A stretch of 64,000 nucleotides of DNA, taken from Eubacteriales bacterium (GTDB taxonomy: Bacteria > Bacillota > Clostridia > Oscillospirales > CAG-382). The stretch covers positions 5,987-69,986 of the forward strand of contig JAZNWF010000071.1 of the NCBI GenBank assembly GCA_045593165.1. The letters run 5' to 3'. The position numbers and the translations under genes were made by a program. Positions 1 through 10,418 of this stretch are shown one piece after another. A model generated the notes under the pieces. That model saw only the letters and a program-made list of their open reading frames with translations, was not told the origin of the DNA and ran no database searches. How positions within the stretch are numbered: position 1 is the first letter of the stretch; the number at the start of each line of letters is the position of its first letter.

Positions 1-46
1 ACGAAAGCTTTAATTATTTGTAACGCTTTAACAGTATTGATCGTTT

Positions 47-901
47 TCATATGCCACGTTTAGCCGCAACAACGGACTTGATATTTTCAAGCACTGAATA
101 CGGTATCTTCATATCTCCCTGACCAATCCCAATCTCTATATGCGGCTTCATTTTGGCGTGGTAATCTGTTCCACCGGAAATTTCCAATCCAAGCTCGTAT
201 GCAAGGTTCTGAAAATACTCCTGCATTTTGGGAGTATATTCATTATAATAGCCCTCGATACCGCACAAGCCGTACTGCTTGAGCTCAAGCAGGAAGCTTC
301 TCAATTCAGTATCGTTCAAACGTATAAGGTGCGGATGCGCCACGAATGAAACGCCGCCCGCGCTTTCTATAAGCTCAACAGCCATTTTCGCTGTTAGATA
401 CTGAGTTCCGTCATATGCCGGTCTGCCGTTTGCAAGGTATTTATCAAATCCTTCTTTTACACTTTGAGTGTAGCCCTTATTGAAAAGTATCTTTGCAAAG
501 TGCGCTCTTCCGATAAGTCCAGACGGAGCGATAGCAAATGCATCCTCCATAGTAACGTCAAATCCGAGAGCGCGCAAATTATTACAGGTATTTACAGTAC
601 GCTTATATCTGACCTTATTTATATTTTCGAGTGCGTTTTTTATAACGTCGCTTTTATGGTCAATATAAAATCCCAAAATATGCGTTTCTGTTGCCGACTG
701 AACTGAAAATTCGATAGCCGGCACAACCTCTACGCCATATTGCTTCCCTGCTTCGATAGCTTCATCAATACCAGAAACGGTATCGTGATCTGACAAAGCA
801 ATCGCCTTTAAGCCGCGTTCCGCGGCGTGTGCAACAAGCTCTGTCGGTGTCATAGAGCCATCCGAGCAATTAGAATGAGTATGAAGATCGATATAATCCA
901 T
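47..901 (-). CDS. PHP-domain metal-dependent phosphoesterase (TrpH/YciV-like)
   Basis: 284-aa ORF with N-terminal IDLHTHSNCSDGS and LSDHDT motifs typical of the PHP fold. Its start overlaps the stop of the upstream small ORF. Confidence 0.8.
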   Translation of the reverse strand: MDYIDLHTHSNCSDGSMTPTELVAHAAERGLKAIALSDHDTVSGIDEAIEAGKQYGVEVVPAIEFSVQSATETHILGFYIDHKSDVIKNALENINKVRYKRTVNTCNNLRALGFDVTMEDAFAIAPSGLIGRAHFAKILFNKGYTQSVKEGFDKYLANGRPAYDGTQYLTAKMAVELIESAGGVSFVAHPHLIRLNDTELRSFLLELKQYGLCGIEGYYNEYTPKMQEYFQNLAYELGLEISGGTDYHAKMKPHIEIGIGQGDMKIPYSVLENIKSVVAAKRGI

Positions 902-1110
902 TATTCTTCGTCTTTTCTGATATATATTCCTTTCAAACGCATAAAGTGGTTTGAAAGTCTGATTTCGTTATCTCCCTTAGGTATGGCATCGAAAAAGTGA
1001 TTATACCCATAGGTTTCTTTATATACCGCATGTGTTTCTGTGCCGTCCGGCCAGCGGATATATACCTTATCCCCCTCGTCGAGCACGCATTCTCCTACAA
1101 GATAGCTCAT
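901..1110 (-). CDS. Small hypothetical protein (69 aa)
   Basis: ORF overlaps both neighbours at start and stop, 4 nt with the M32 gene and 1 nt with the PHP gene. This suggests translational coupling. No recognisable motif. Confidence 0.5.
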   Translation of the reverse strand: MSYLVGECVLDEGDKVYIRWPDGTETHAVYKETYGYNHFFDAIPKGDNEIRLSNHFMRLKGIYIRKDEE

Positions 1111-2603
1111 ATTGAATAAACCTCACTGAATTTTTCTTCGAGATAATCAACGTAGCAGTTCGGGTTAAATTCGCCGCAAACCTTATTAAAGAGATCGGTG
1201 GGATCGTACATACAGCCGTGCTGCCATATTTTTTCGCGCAACCAATCGTTTATAGGAGTAAGTTTGCCGTTTTTGATAGCGGCATCGACGTCAACATCCT
1301 TTTTCATTTCCTTTATAATCTGTGCGCCGTAGGCAGAGCCAAGAGCATATGACGGGAAATATCCTACGTTCGCATTCGACCAATGGCTATCCTGCAATAC
1401 TCCATTTTTATCATCGGGCACATCTACACCGAGATATTCTTTATAAAGTCGATTCCATTCTGAAGGAAGATCCTTAGCGCAAATTTCTCCCGACATCATA
1501 CGCTTTTCAAGCTCATAGCGAACCATTACGTGCAAGGAATAGGTTAATTCATCTGCTTCGGTACGGATAAGCGAGGGTTCAGAACGGTTGATCATACGGT
1601 AAAATGCATGCGCATCAACGCCTTGAAGCTGCTCAGGAAATTCTTTTTTCAAGAACGGCAGAATAAGTTCGCAGAAGGATCTGCTTCTACCGATGATATT
1701 TTCATAGAAGCGTGACTGGCTTTCGTGGATCGCCATAGACACACCGCCCTCAAGAGATGAGCGGAAAAGCTCTTCTTTTGAATTCATATCGTATAATGCG
1801 TGTCCGCATTCGTGTACGACGCTATAAAGTGAGCTTGCAAGATTATCCTCATAATAATGTGTAGTGATACGAACGTCCTTACCCGTAAAACTTATGGTGA
1901 AGGGATGCTCGGTTTCACCGACGGTGAAATGATTTCGGTCGATGTCCATTACATCAACGAGGTAATCGGTAAATTTAATCTGCTTATCCTTAGGATAATT
2001 AAGCTTCAAAACAGAATCATCAATCTGCTTTGCATTACCGACCTTTGCGATAAGCGGAACGAGCTTTGCACGAAGCGCCGAGAAAAATTCATCACAGCGT
2101 TCCTTGGTAAGACCGCGCTCGTATTTATTTAAACAAACGTCGTACGGATCTTTATCGGGATCGGTATACGCCGCGAACTTCTTTAAAGTATCAAAGGTTT
2201 TTTGCAAATAAGGCTCGAATAAAGCAAAGTCGTTATTTTCCTTCGCCTTATGCCAAACCGCAGATGATTCGGTCAAATGTATATTAAAATCCACCATCTC
2301 TTGCATCGGTATTTTGCGAGTTTCATCGTATTCGCGATAAAGCTCGGTTACCTTGCGGCGATCTATTTCGGACAGCTCATCGAGATTAGCGTTGAGTATT
2401 TCAAGCGCTTCAATAAGCGAGGGAGCGGTTATAAGCTCATAGCTCATACGTGAAAGCTCACCAAGAGTAAGCGCACGTATTTCAACGCTTCCCTCGGGGG
2501 CAATGGTATCACCGTCATAATAAAGTATACCGCACGCGTGGTTGATTGCAGAGTTTGCCTTTTCAAATTCTTCGATTTTTTTAAGTGCTTCGTTAACAGT
2601 CAT
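1107..2603 (-). CDS. Carboxypeptidase Taq-type metallopeptidase (M32 family)
   Basis: 498 aa with an HECGHALY zinc motif (HExxH) followed by HESQSRF and a GYFPSYALG-type region, all characteristic of M32 carboxypeptidases. Confidence 0.88.
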   Translation of the reverse strand: MTVNEALKKIEEFEKANSAINHACGILYYDGDTIAPEGSVEIRALTLGELSRMSYELITAPSLIEALEILNANLDELSEIDRRKVTELYREYDETRKIPMQEMVDFNIHLTESSAVWHKAKENNDFALFEPYLQKTFDTLKKFAAYTDPDKDPYDVCLNKYERGLTKERCDEFFSALRAKLVPLIAKVGNAKQIDDSVLKLNYPKDKQIKFTDYLVDVMDIDRNHFTVGETEHPFTISFTGKDVRITTHYYEDNLASSLYSVVHECGHALYDMNSKEELFRSSLEGGVSMAIHESQSRFYENIIGRSRSFCELILPFLKKEFPEQLQGVDAHAFYRMINRSEPSLIRTEADELTYSLHVMVRYELEKRMMSGEICAKDLPSEWNRLYKEYLGVDVPDDKNGVLQDSHWSNANVGYFPSYALGSAYGAQIIKEMKKDVDVDAAIKNGKLTPINDWLREKIWQHGCMYDPTDLFNKVCGEFNPNCYVDYLEEKFSEVYSI

Positions 2604-2612
2604 ATTAACTCC

Positions 2613-4028
2613 TTAAATAACGATTTTTTGCCATTTTCCACTTATGAATCTATAAGCAGAAAAGCCCAAACGCATATATTGATCTATCAGCAGGCTTATC
2701 CACGCACCGTACAGACCCAATCCTATGGGATAACACAGAACATACGCGGTAAGCGGTCTGACGACGCCGATCGTAATTGCCGAAGTGACGGCAACGTATT
2801 TCGTGTCACCCGCGCCGCGTAAAGCACCGTTATAAATAACCTGCGATATCTGACCGGGCGAAACAAGCGCAATAATATAAACCAATATTATTCCGTGCTT
2901 CATAATGAAATCATAATTGATATCCGTCGGATCAGCAAACATCTCGAGCATCAAATTACCGCCGAACACCAATAGCACGCATAAAAGCAACGAAATGATA
3001 ACACCAACGCGCTGACCAGCTTTTGCAAAAAGAGATGCAAGATCAGGGCGACGTTTTCCAAGATTCTGACCAATTAACGCACTCGCGGCAACACTCAGTC
3101 CGTCGCCGCAGGCAAACGATATGGTTGTGATGTTCATACAAATCGTATGTGTGGCGAACTCGGGCGTTCCGAGATCGGCAACGAGCTTTGCATAAATAAA
3201 GAAGCCAATACGCATAAATATTTGTTCGGTGCCTGCGCCAAGTGATACCGAGCCCAGCGTTTTTAGCAGAGGCAGCTTCCAACGGAGCATTCCTTTTAGA
3301 TCGAAATGCAAGAATTTGCCCTTGCCTAACAAGGAATAAACACTCATACAGAACGAAGCGATGTTACCGAGAAGCGTAGCAATTGCCGCGCCCTCTACAC
3401 CGAGCTTGGGAAAGAACCACAAGCCGTTGATAAGGAATGCATTAAATATAACGTTAGTAATGTTGGCAACAACGTTCGTACGCATCGAAATTTTAGTATT
3501 TCCGCTTCCTCTTTGCGCCGCATTGATTATCATACCGAACGACGTAAACATAAGACCTATCATAGTGATACGGAAATACATTGTCGATTCGGCAATAGTA
3601 TCGTTATTCGCACCTGCAAAATACAGGAGCGGCTCCGCAGTAAATACAGCGGTGCCACAGAGTATTACCGCAAGAACTGCGGTAAGGCCGAGTGCCTGCG
3701 CAAGTGCAGCGTTTGCACCCTCCTTATCGTTTTGACCTTTACGTCGAGACACGATTGCAGTCACGGCGATATTCAGTGCAAAAAACACCGAATAGAATAT
3801 CATTCTCGGTTGGGTGGTAAGTCCTACCGCGGCCACGGAATTAGTGCCGCATGAGGAAACCATCACGGAGTCGACGAGATTGACAAGGCTCATCAGTATT
3901 GACTCGACCATCGCGGGCCAAGCCATTTTCATAAAGCCTTTATATAGAGATTTTGTATCGGGGAGTTCGCCGTGAATCTTTAATTTTCGCGACATACCTT
4001 CCGAGGTAAAAAGTCTTGAAATAAGCAT
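2613..4028 (-). CDS. MATE family efflux transporter
   Basis: 471 aa, about 12 predicted TM helices, MAWPAMVESILMSLVNLVD-type N-terminus typical of MATE/NorM proteins. The start could instead be the internal Met at residue 12. Confidence 0.85.
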   Translation of the reverse strand: MLISRLFTSEGMSRKLKIHGELPDTKSLYKGFMKMAWPAMVESILMSLVNLVDSVMVSSCGTNSVAAVGLTTQPRMIFYSVFFALNIAVTAIVSRRKGQNDKEGANAALAQALGLTAVLAVILCGTAVFTAEPLLYFAGANNDTIAESTMYFRITMIGLMFTSFGMIINAAQRGSGNTKISMRTNVVANITNVIFNAFLINGLWFFPKLGVEGAAIATLLGNIASFCMSVYSLLGKGKFLHFDLKGMLRWKLPLLKTLGSVSLGAGTEQIFMRIGFFIYAKLVADLGTPEFATHTICMNITTISFACGDGLSVAASALIGQNLGKRRPDLASLFAKAGQRVGVIISLLLCVLLVFGGNLMLEMFADPTDINYDFIMKHGIILVYIIALVSPGQISQVIYNGALRGAGDTKYVAVTSAITIGVVRPLTAYVLCYPIGLGLYGAWISLLIDQYMRLGFSAYRFISGKWQKIVI

Positions 4029-4030
4029 AA

Positions 4031-5515
4031 TTAGTTATGATAAAGTTTTTTGGTCTGGTAGCGGGGCTCGCACGTAAGATTGATGCCGAGCTTCTTTAAT
4101 AATTTTTCATCCACCTGCGAAAGCAAAACCGAAGAGTGCATTTCACAGCCCGTAAGATTCTTCAATTGGTCCAACGCCAAGCGTGCGTTTTTATCGGTAA
4201 CCGCGCAAACCGAAAGTGCAATTAGTATTTCATCGGTATGCAATCGCGGGTTACGGCTTCGCATATGATTGGTTTTTAATTCCTGAATAGGCTCGATTAC
4301 CTCAGGCGAGATAAGCAAAACCTTCTTTTCGATTCCTGCCAGATGCTTAAGCGCATTCAAAAGCATAGCGCTTGATGCGCCCAACAACGATGTGGTTTTA
4401 CCGGTTATAACGGTTCCGTCAGACAATTCTATTGCTGCCGCAGGGCCGTTTGTTTCATCAGCGCGCTTGTTTGCAGCAAGCGCAACAACACGGTCATCTT
4501 TTGAAATACCGCATTGGTTCATAAGTATTTCTATTTTATAAACCGCACCGTCTTCCCCTAATCCCTTTCTCTGCTGACCGAGAGCTTCATAATAGCGTCT
4601 GATTATTTCCTGCTTTGCGGCTACGCGGCACACTTCATCATCACATATTGCATTACCTGCCATATTAACTCCCATATCGGTGGGAGATTTATAGGGTGAT
4701 TTACCGTAGATGCGCTCGAACATAGCATTCAACACCGGGAAAATTTCAACGTCGCGGTTATAATTTACCGTCTGCACGCCATACGCTTCAAGATGGAACG
4801 GGTCGATGCAGTTTAGGTCGTCAAGGTCGGCGGTTGCAGCCTCGTAAGCTATATTCACGGGATGCTTGAGCGGAAGATTCCATATCGGAAATGTTTCGAA
4901 CTTTGCATAACCGGATTTGACACCGCGCTTATGCTCGTTATAAAGCTGTGACAAACAAACTGCCATTTTTCCGCTACCGGGGCCGGGCGCAGTAACCACT
5001 ACCAAACGTCGTGACGTTTCGATAAAATCGTTACGTCCATAGCCGTCATCACTTACTATGTATTTGATGTTCGCAGGGTATCCTTCGATATGGTAATGCT
5101 TATACGTAGTTAGTCCAAGCATTTCCAAGCGTTTTTGAAAAGCAACTGCAGCAGGCTGAGAGTTATATTGAGTAAGAACAACGCTTCCCACGAACAATCC
5201 GCAGGCACGGAACGCATCGATAAGACGCAATACCTCCTGCTCGTACGTGATGCCCAGATCTCCGCGAACCTTGTTCTTTTCAATATCGTTACTGTTAATG
5301 ACTATAACGATCTCCGCTTCATCCTTCAATTCGGTAAGCATATCTATTTTTATGCCCGGCTTGAAGCCCGGAAGCACACGCGATGCGTGATAATCGTCAA
5401 ACAGCTTTCCGCCGAACTCCAAATACAGCTTTCCGCCAAACTGATCGATTCTTTCTCTAATATGACGTGTTTGCAATTCCACGTATTTCTCACAATCAAA
5501 GCCCATTTTGTTCAT
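4031..5515 (-). CDS. DUF1846 / UPF0371 family protein
   Basis: 494 aa. N-terminal GFDCEKYVELQTRHIRERI...GGKLYLEFGGKLFDDYHASRVLPGF matches the conserved UPF0371 signature. Confidence 0.85.
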   Translation of the reverse strand: MNKMGFDCEKYVELQTRHIRERIDQFGGKLYLEFGGKLFDDYHASRVLPGFKPGIKIDMLTELKDEAEIVIVINSNDIEKNKVRGDLGITYEQEVLRLIDAFRACGLFVGSVVLTQYNSQPAAVAFQKRLEMLGLTTYKHYHIEGYPANIKYIVSDDGYGRNDFIETSRRLVVVTAPGPGSGKMAVCLSQLYNEHKRGVKSGYAKFETFPIWNLPLKHPVNIAYEAATADLDDLNCIDPFHLEAYGVQTVNYNRDVEIFPVLNAMFERIYGKSPYKSPTDMGVNMAGNAICDDEVCRVAAKQEIIRRYYEALGQQRKGLGEDGAVYKIEILMNQCGISKDDRVVALAANKRADETNGPAAAIELSDGTVITGKTTSLLGASSAMLLNALKHLAGIEKKVLLISPEVIEPIQELKTNHMRSRNPRLHTDEILIALSVCAVTDKNARLALDQLKNLTGCEMHSSVLLSQVDEKLLKKLGINLTCEPRYQTKKLYHN

Positions 5516-5525
5516 TATAGTACCC

Positions 5526-6170
5526 TCAAAGAGAATCTTTATTTATAATTCCGGGAAGCTCTGATAAATCGGAAATAACAGTTCTTCCCGTTGCAACAAG
5601 TGCTTTTTCACACTGATGCCCTGCTGAAATTAATATACAATCCGATCCGATGCAGGATGCGGTTTCACTATCATGCACCATATCACCGATAAACACACAC
5701 TCGTCCTTAGATATGCCGTTATTCAGCAAATAATCACGTGTACGTTCTATTTTACTGCCAACATAACAATCCGAGGCTCCGAGTATTTCTTCAAAATAAA
5801 TATCCAATCCATAGCGTTTCAGCACAGGCTCGATATATTTATTCTGACTCGAGGAAAAGATATACTGTTTATAGCCCTTCTGATGAAACAACTCCAATGT
5901 TTTCTTGGTGTTTTCAAACAGAGGGTAATTCCGCATATGCTTTTCACACAAAGGATTAAACTCGGCGGATAGCTTTTCCATAGTTTCATTGGAAATATCC
6001 ATAACCTTTTTATAAAACTCGATTATGGGCATTTCTATCAAGTCGCGATATTCAGTTAGACTAATGCTTGGAACACCTCTGGCATCGAGCATATCGTTTA
6101 CAGCATCGCACGTAGCCTCCGCATCGTCGAGCAGTGTACCGTTCCAATCCCAAAATATATATTTATACAT
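5526..6170 (-). CDS. HAD-superfamily hydrolase (phosphoglycolate-phosphatase-like)
   Basis: 214 aa. DWNGTL (DxDxT-like motif I variant), SSS motif II region and GDMVHD motif IV. Confidence 0.8.
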   Translation of the reverse strand: MYKYIFWDWNGTLLDDAEATCDAVNDMLDARGVPSISLTEYRDLIEMPIIEFYKKVMDISNETMEKLSAEFNPLCEKHMRNYPLFENTKKTLELFHQKGYKQYIFSSSQNKYIEPVLKRYGLDIYFEEILGASDCYVGSKIERTRDYLLNNGISKDECVFIGDMVHDSETASCIGSDCILISAGHQCEKALVATGRTVISDLSELPGIINKDSL

Positions 6171-6263
6171 ATTATATTACCTCAATAATATAATGTAACA
6201 TATTAAACAATTATTTTCAACAGTTTTCGATGAGTAAAACCATTTTTTACCGAATATTTTAAG

Positions 6264-6296
6264 TAAAAAACGCCTTGCTGTCGCAAGACGTTTTTA
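6264..6296. terminator. Bidirectional intrinsic terminator
   Basis: aacgccttgc-tgtc-gcaagacgtt hairpin (10 bp, 1 mismatch) flanked by an A-run and a T-run. Lies just downstream of the 6303-6590 gene. Confidence 0.7.
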
Positions 6297-6302
6297 TTTT
6301 GT

Positions 6303-6590
6303 TTACTTTTGCTTCAATGCTCTTTCAAGCCAGATAGTTCCGATTTCGAAAGCATCGTAAAAATTGCGTTTTTCGCATTGCTTTACGACCTTTTCGTTAA
6401 AAGAAATATCGTCGTCTGTGTTTTGTATCTGAACAAGCACCTTTGTAGCAACCTCAAGCTCGCCGACCTTTTTTACCTCAAGAATATTCATAAATAGTAT
6501 GAATTTATCGTCAGGAAAGCCGTAGAACAGAAATCTGCCCTGTCTTACAAGGGGCTTACCCTTATACATAAGTGTTTTGATTTGACTCAT
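6303..6590 (-). CDS. Hypothetical protein (95 aa)
   Basis: ORF 8 nt downstream of ireB and followed by a terminator. No motif recognised. Confidence 0.55.
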   Translation of the reverse strand: MSQIKTLMYKGKPLVRQGRFLFYGFPDDKFILFMNILEVKKVGELEVATKVLVQIQNTDDDISFNEKVVKQCEKRNFYDAFEIGTIWLERALKQK

Positions 6591-6597
6591 TGAAAAA

Positions 6598-6891
6598 TCA
6601 GCCTTTCTTTTTGCCGTCTGTATTGATGAAATCCTCTACAAGAGTGCGTAAAAGCTCATCGCGGTCTATCTTGGAGATGATCGCACGTGAATTGTTATAG
6701 TTGGTGATATAAGTAGGATCCTCAGAAATGATATAACCTACGATCTGATTTATAGGGTTATATCCCTTTTCCACGAGAGATTCATATACGCTCTGCAACT
6801 GTTCGCGCATTATTTCCTTGTTCTGTTCCTTTATTGGAAACATCAAGGTTTTTTGCTTATTATCGACCGGTTTTTGGTTTTTGTCCTTCAT
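6598..6891 (-). CDS. ireB: IreB family regulatory phosphoprotein (UPF0297/DUF965)
   Basis: 97 aa. EKGYNPINQIVGYIISEDPTYITNYNNSRAIISKIDRDELL is the conserved IreB/YrzL core. Confidence 0.85.
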   Translation of the reverse strand: MKDKNQKPVDNKQKTLMFPIKEQNKEIMREQLQSVYESLVEKGYNPINQIVGYIISEDPTYITNYNNSRAIISKIDRDELLRTLVEDFINTDGKKKG

Positions 6892-6934
6892 TTTCGACCC
6901 TCCTTGACCGATTTGTCAGATAGCACTTTTGAAT

Positions 6935-6963
6935 ATTATACAACAAACTTTTGTTCTTTGCAA
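6935..6963 (-). promoter_or_regulatory. Sigma-70-type promoter for ireB
   Basis: Minus strand reads TTGCAA, 17 nt, TATAAT. It sits about 45 nt upstream of the ireB start, with a GGAGGG RBS in between. Confidence 0.7.
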
Positions 6964-6980
6964 GACTTTTTAATATATTT

Positions 6981-9362
6981 TTATGAACGAAGAACGATCC
7001 CATGTTCCTTATCAAGCTTTTTGAGTATCTTCTTAACGCCCGCATCGGCATCCTCATCGGTAAGTGTTTTATCCGCAAGACGGAATACCAATCTTACCGC
7101 AACGCTCTTTTTGCCCTCTTCTACGCCCTTACCGCTATATACGTCGAACACGTACGCATCCTCAAGCGATTTTCCTGCATAGGAGCGGATATCCGAAAGA
7201 AGCTTGCCCGCCTCGTGATGCTTATCACAAATAAGCGCGATATCTCTTTCCATTGCTGGATATACGGGAAGCGGTATATAGCCGCGTTCGTTCTTAACCG
7301 ATTCAAAAAGCGTTTCAACAGAGATTATAGCAACGCACACGCCCTTGGGAAGATCGTAATTTTCGCAAACGAGCGGATGAACCTCTCCGATAGTACCGAC
7401 GGTTTTATCTCCGACTACTACGTTTGCACATCTGCCCGGGTGGAAATAAGGCAAATCGCTCTCGGCTACGTATTCACGAGCGCAAATATTCATACGGGTG
7501 AACAACGCCTCTGCATCCGCCTTTAATTCATAGAATCCGCCGCAATCGGGTGTAAATGCGAAACAAAGTGATTTCTTTTCAACCGACAGATCACCGTCAC
7601 GATAATACAGCGTCATTATTTCAAACATGCGGCATTTTTCTACCTTACGGTTTACATTTCTCGAAAGGACCTCAAGCATAGAGGGCAACGGATGAGCACG
7701 CATTACCGAGGTATCCTCGCCAAGCGGATTGATAAGCTTAATGAAATCGCGAAGATTACTGTCTGCGGGGATATTGATTTTATCGAGCGCATGCGGAGAA
7801 ACGAACGAATACGTGCAGCATTCGCAATAGCCGAGGCCTGCCATAACATCGTTTACGTTATAGCGGAACGCCTCGAGAGGCAATCTGCCGCCCAAATCCG
7901 CTTCGCCCTTGAACATTGTGGGCTCGATATTATCGAATCCGTAGAGACGAACCACTTCCTCTGCAATATCAGCGGTATTGACAATATCGCTTCTGTAAGG
8001 AGGAACAATAAGACCGCCCTTGCCGTCTGCGATAAGCTCAACGGAAGAAAGAAGCTTATCCATTTCTTCATCGGAAATATTCGTACCTAGGAGTGCGTTT
8101 ACCTTTGCACGGTCGTATGCTACGACACGCTCATTTATATCTGCATTATTGATATCGATTACGCCCTCAACAACCTCACCGCATCCGAGAAGTGCTACAA
8201 GCTCTGCCGCACGGTCGACTGCAGGAAGAGTATTGCAAGCAGGAAGTCCTTTTTCGAACTTTGCGGACGAATCGGTACGCAATCCAACGGCTTTAGATGT
8301 CTTACGAATACTTTCACGTGCAAAGTTTGCACTTTCAAAAACAACGGTAGTGGTAGAATCGAGAATTTCGCTATTCTCGCCGCCCATTACGCCTGCTAAT
8401 GCGACTGCACGGCTACCGTCGGCGATAACGAGCATTTCGGGAGTGAGCTTACGGGTGATTCCGTCGAGAGTTACGATTTCTTCGCCTTCATTTGCATTGC
8501 GAACGTTGATTTCGCGGCTCTTGATATATTCATAGTCGAACGCGTGCATCGGCTGACCGTATTCAAGCATTACATAGTTAGTAATATCGACGATATTATT
8601 GATAGGCCTTACGCCTGCGGCACGAAGCTTTGCACGAAGCCAAAGCGGCGAGGGTGCAATTTTTACGTTTTTAACAACTCTCGCGGTATAACGGGGGCAA
8701 AGCTCCTTATTAAGCACGTTGACCTTAATATAATCGCTTGCCCTTTCATCCTTGACCTCTTCTACCTTCGGGGTGGGAACGTTTACCTTTTCGCCAAAGG
8801 TTGCTGCAACCTCACGCGCGATACCTATATAGGAAAGACAGTCGGGACGGTTAAAGGTAAGCTCAAATTCAACGATGGTATCGTTAATCTTACATACGTC
8901 ACGGATGTCATCACCGAGATTGCATTGCTCTTCCAAAAGGAAGATGCCGTCCTCGATCGCATAGGGGAAATCATTTACGGTAAGTCCGAGTTCACCCAAG
9001 GAGCATAGCATACCTTGAGAAACAACACCGCGGAGCTTGCCGGTCTTTATGGTTTTGCCGCCGGGAAGCTTTGCACCGTCGAGACACACGGGAACGATAT
9101 CACCCGCCTTGACATTTTGTGCGCCGGTAACAATTTGAAGTTTTTCTTCACTTCCAACATCGATCTGGCAAACGATAAGATGATCGGAATCGGGGTGCGG
9201 TTCGGTTGACATAATTCTGCCAACAACAACGTTTTCAATATCGCTTCCGAGAACCTTATATCCTTCTACTTTAGTGCCGGACATTGTCATGCCATCGCAA
9301 AAGGTCTTTATATCCTCGGGAACATTTACATAGTCTTTAAGCCAATTAAGTGATACTTCCAT
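6981..9362 (-). CDS. pheT: Phenylalanine--tRNA ligase beta subunit
   Basis: 793 aa. N-terminal MEVSLNWLKDYV, tRNA-binding, B3/4, B5 and FDX-ACB architecture. Immediately downstream of pheS. Confidence 0.95.
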   Translation of the reverse strand: MEVSLNWLKDYVNVPEDIKTFCDGMTMSGTKVEGYKVLGSDIENVVVGRIMSTEPHPDSDHLIVCQIDVGSEEKLQIVTGAQNVKAGDIVPVCLDGAKLPGGKTIKTGKLRGVVSQGMLCSLGELGLTVNDFPYAIEDGIFLLEEQCNLGDDIRDVCKINDTIVEFELTFNRPDCLSYIGIAREVAATFGEKVNVPTPKVEEVKDERASDYIKVNVLNKELCPRYTARVVKNVKIAPSPLWLRAKLRAAGVRPINNIVDITNYVMLEYGQPMHAFDYEYIKSREINVRNANEGEEIVTLDGITRKLTPEMLVIADGSRAVALAGVMGGENSEILDSTTTVVFESANFARESIRKTSKAVGLRTDSSAKFEKGLPACNTLPAVDRAAELVALLGCGEVVEGVIDINNADINERVVAYDRAKVNALLGTNISDEEMDKLLSSVELIADGKGGLIVPPYRSDIVNTADIAEEVVRLYGFDNIEPTMFKGEADLGGRLPLEAFRYNVNDVMAGLGYCECCTYSFVSPHALDKINIPADSNLRDFIKLINPLGEDTSVMRAHPLPSMLEVLSRNVNRKVEKCRMFEIMTLYYRDGDLSVEKKSLCFAFTPDCGGFYELKADAEALFTRMNICAREYVAESDLPYFHPGRCANVVVGDKTVGTIGEVHPLVCENYDLPKGVCVAIISVETLFESVKNERGYIPLPVYPAMERDIALICDKHHEAGKLLSDIRSYAGKSLEDAYVFDVYSGKGVEEGKKSVAVRLVFRLADKTLTDEDADAGVKKILKKLDKEHGIVLRS

Positions 9363-9380
9363 TATCTGTTCCTCCCTTGA

Positions 9381-10394
9381 TTAAAACTGCTTGAGGAAGC
9401 GTGCGTCATTTTCGTACATAAGACGAAGATCGTCTATGCCAGACATAACCATCGCAACACGTTCTACGCCCATACCGAATGCAAAGCCGGTATAAACCTC
9501 GGGGTCGATTCCGCCTGCGCGAAGAACCTCGGGATGAACCATACCCGAGCCGAGTATTTCCATCCAGCCCTCACCCTTACACAGACGGCAACCCTTACCG
9601 CCGCATACGAAGCAGGAAACGTCAACTTCTGCCGAAGGCTCGGTGAACGGGAAATTATGAGGACGGAAACGAGTCTGGGTTTCGGGTCCAAACATTGTTT
9701 TTGCGAATTTCGAAAGTATTCCCTTGAGATCGCCCATAGTGATGCCCTTATCGATAACAAGACCCTCGAGCTGATGGAACATAGGCGAATGCGATGCATC
9801 GGCAACGTCGCTTCTGTACACTCTGCCGGGAGAAATGATACGGATAGGAGGTGTCATATTACGCATTGCACGTATCTGGACAGGAGACGTTTGGGTTCTC
9901 AAAAGAGTGTTTTCGGTGATATAAAACGTATCCTGAAAATCACGCGAGGGGTGATCGGCAGGTGCATTCAACGCATCGAAGTTATTATAAACAGTTTCTA
10001 CCTCGGGGCCCTCTACAACAGAGAATCCCATATCTATAAAGATGCTCGTCATACGCTTCATAGCCGCGGTAATCGGGTGAATATGACCTGCGGTTGCAGG
10101 AACTGCGTTATATGTAACGTCAAGCTTTTCAGCCTCGAGACTACGCGCCAATTCAAGCTTTTTCAGCTCTGCGCCGCGAACCTCGAGTGCGTTTTCAATG
10201 CAGTTTCTTACTTCGTTTGCAACAGCGCCGATTATAGGTCTTTCCTCGGGAGTGAGTGAGCCCATACCGCGAAGAATAGCGGTGAGTGCACCCTTTTTAC
10301 CGAGGTATTTGATTCTGATTTCCTCTAACGAGGTCTCCGCAGCTTCAATTTCAGCCACAGCATTTGTTCTTATAAGCTCTAGTTGTTCTTTCAT
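9381..10394 (-). CDS. pheS: Phenylalanine--tRNA ligase alpha subunit
   Basis: 337 aa. Class II aaRS motifs (HPxxD..FY, FRPHNFPFTEPS, GFAFGMGVERVAM). Confidence 0.95.
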   Translation of the reverse strand: MKEQLELIRTNAVAEIEAAETSLEEIRIKYLGKKGALTAILRGMGSLTPEERPIIGAVANEVRNCIENALEVRGAELKKLELARSLEAEKLDVTYNAVPATAGHIHPITAAMKRMTSIFIDMGFSVVEGPEVETVYNNFDALNAPADHPSRDFQDTFYITENTLLRTQTSPVQIRAMRNMTPPIRIISPGRVYRSDVADASHSPMFHQLEGLVIDKGITMGDLKGILSKFAKTMFGPETQTRFRPHNFPFTEPSAEVDVSCFVCGGKGCRLCKGEGWMEILGSGMVHPEVLRAGGIDPEVYTGFAFGMGVERVAMVMSGIDDLRLMYENDARFLKQF

Positions 10395-10418
10395 TTATAA
10401 ATGCCTTTCTGAAGCGAC

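Noticed and set aside
9534-10259. 241-aa plus-strand ORF inside pheS
   Set aside because: It is antisense to an unambiguous pheS, with no RBS and a Cys/Arg-rich composition typical of shadow frames. The same reasoning applies to 8020-8535, 8544-9008, 7002-7526 and 15510-16037.
10395-10418. Expected T-box leader upstream of pheS (also looked upstream of pheA and ilvE)
   Set aside because: The pheS gap is only 24 nt. The pheA leader (about 170 nt) has no specifier-loop or T-box sequence (AAnnnGGGTGGTACCGCG-like). The ilvE leader is under 40 nt.
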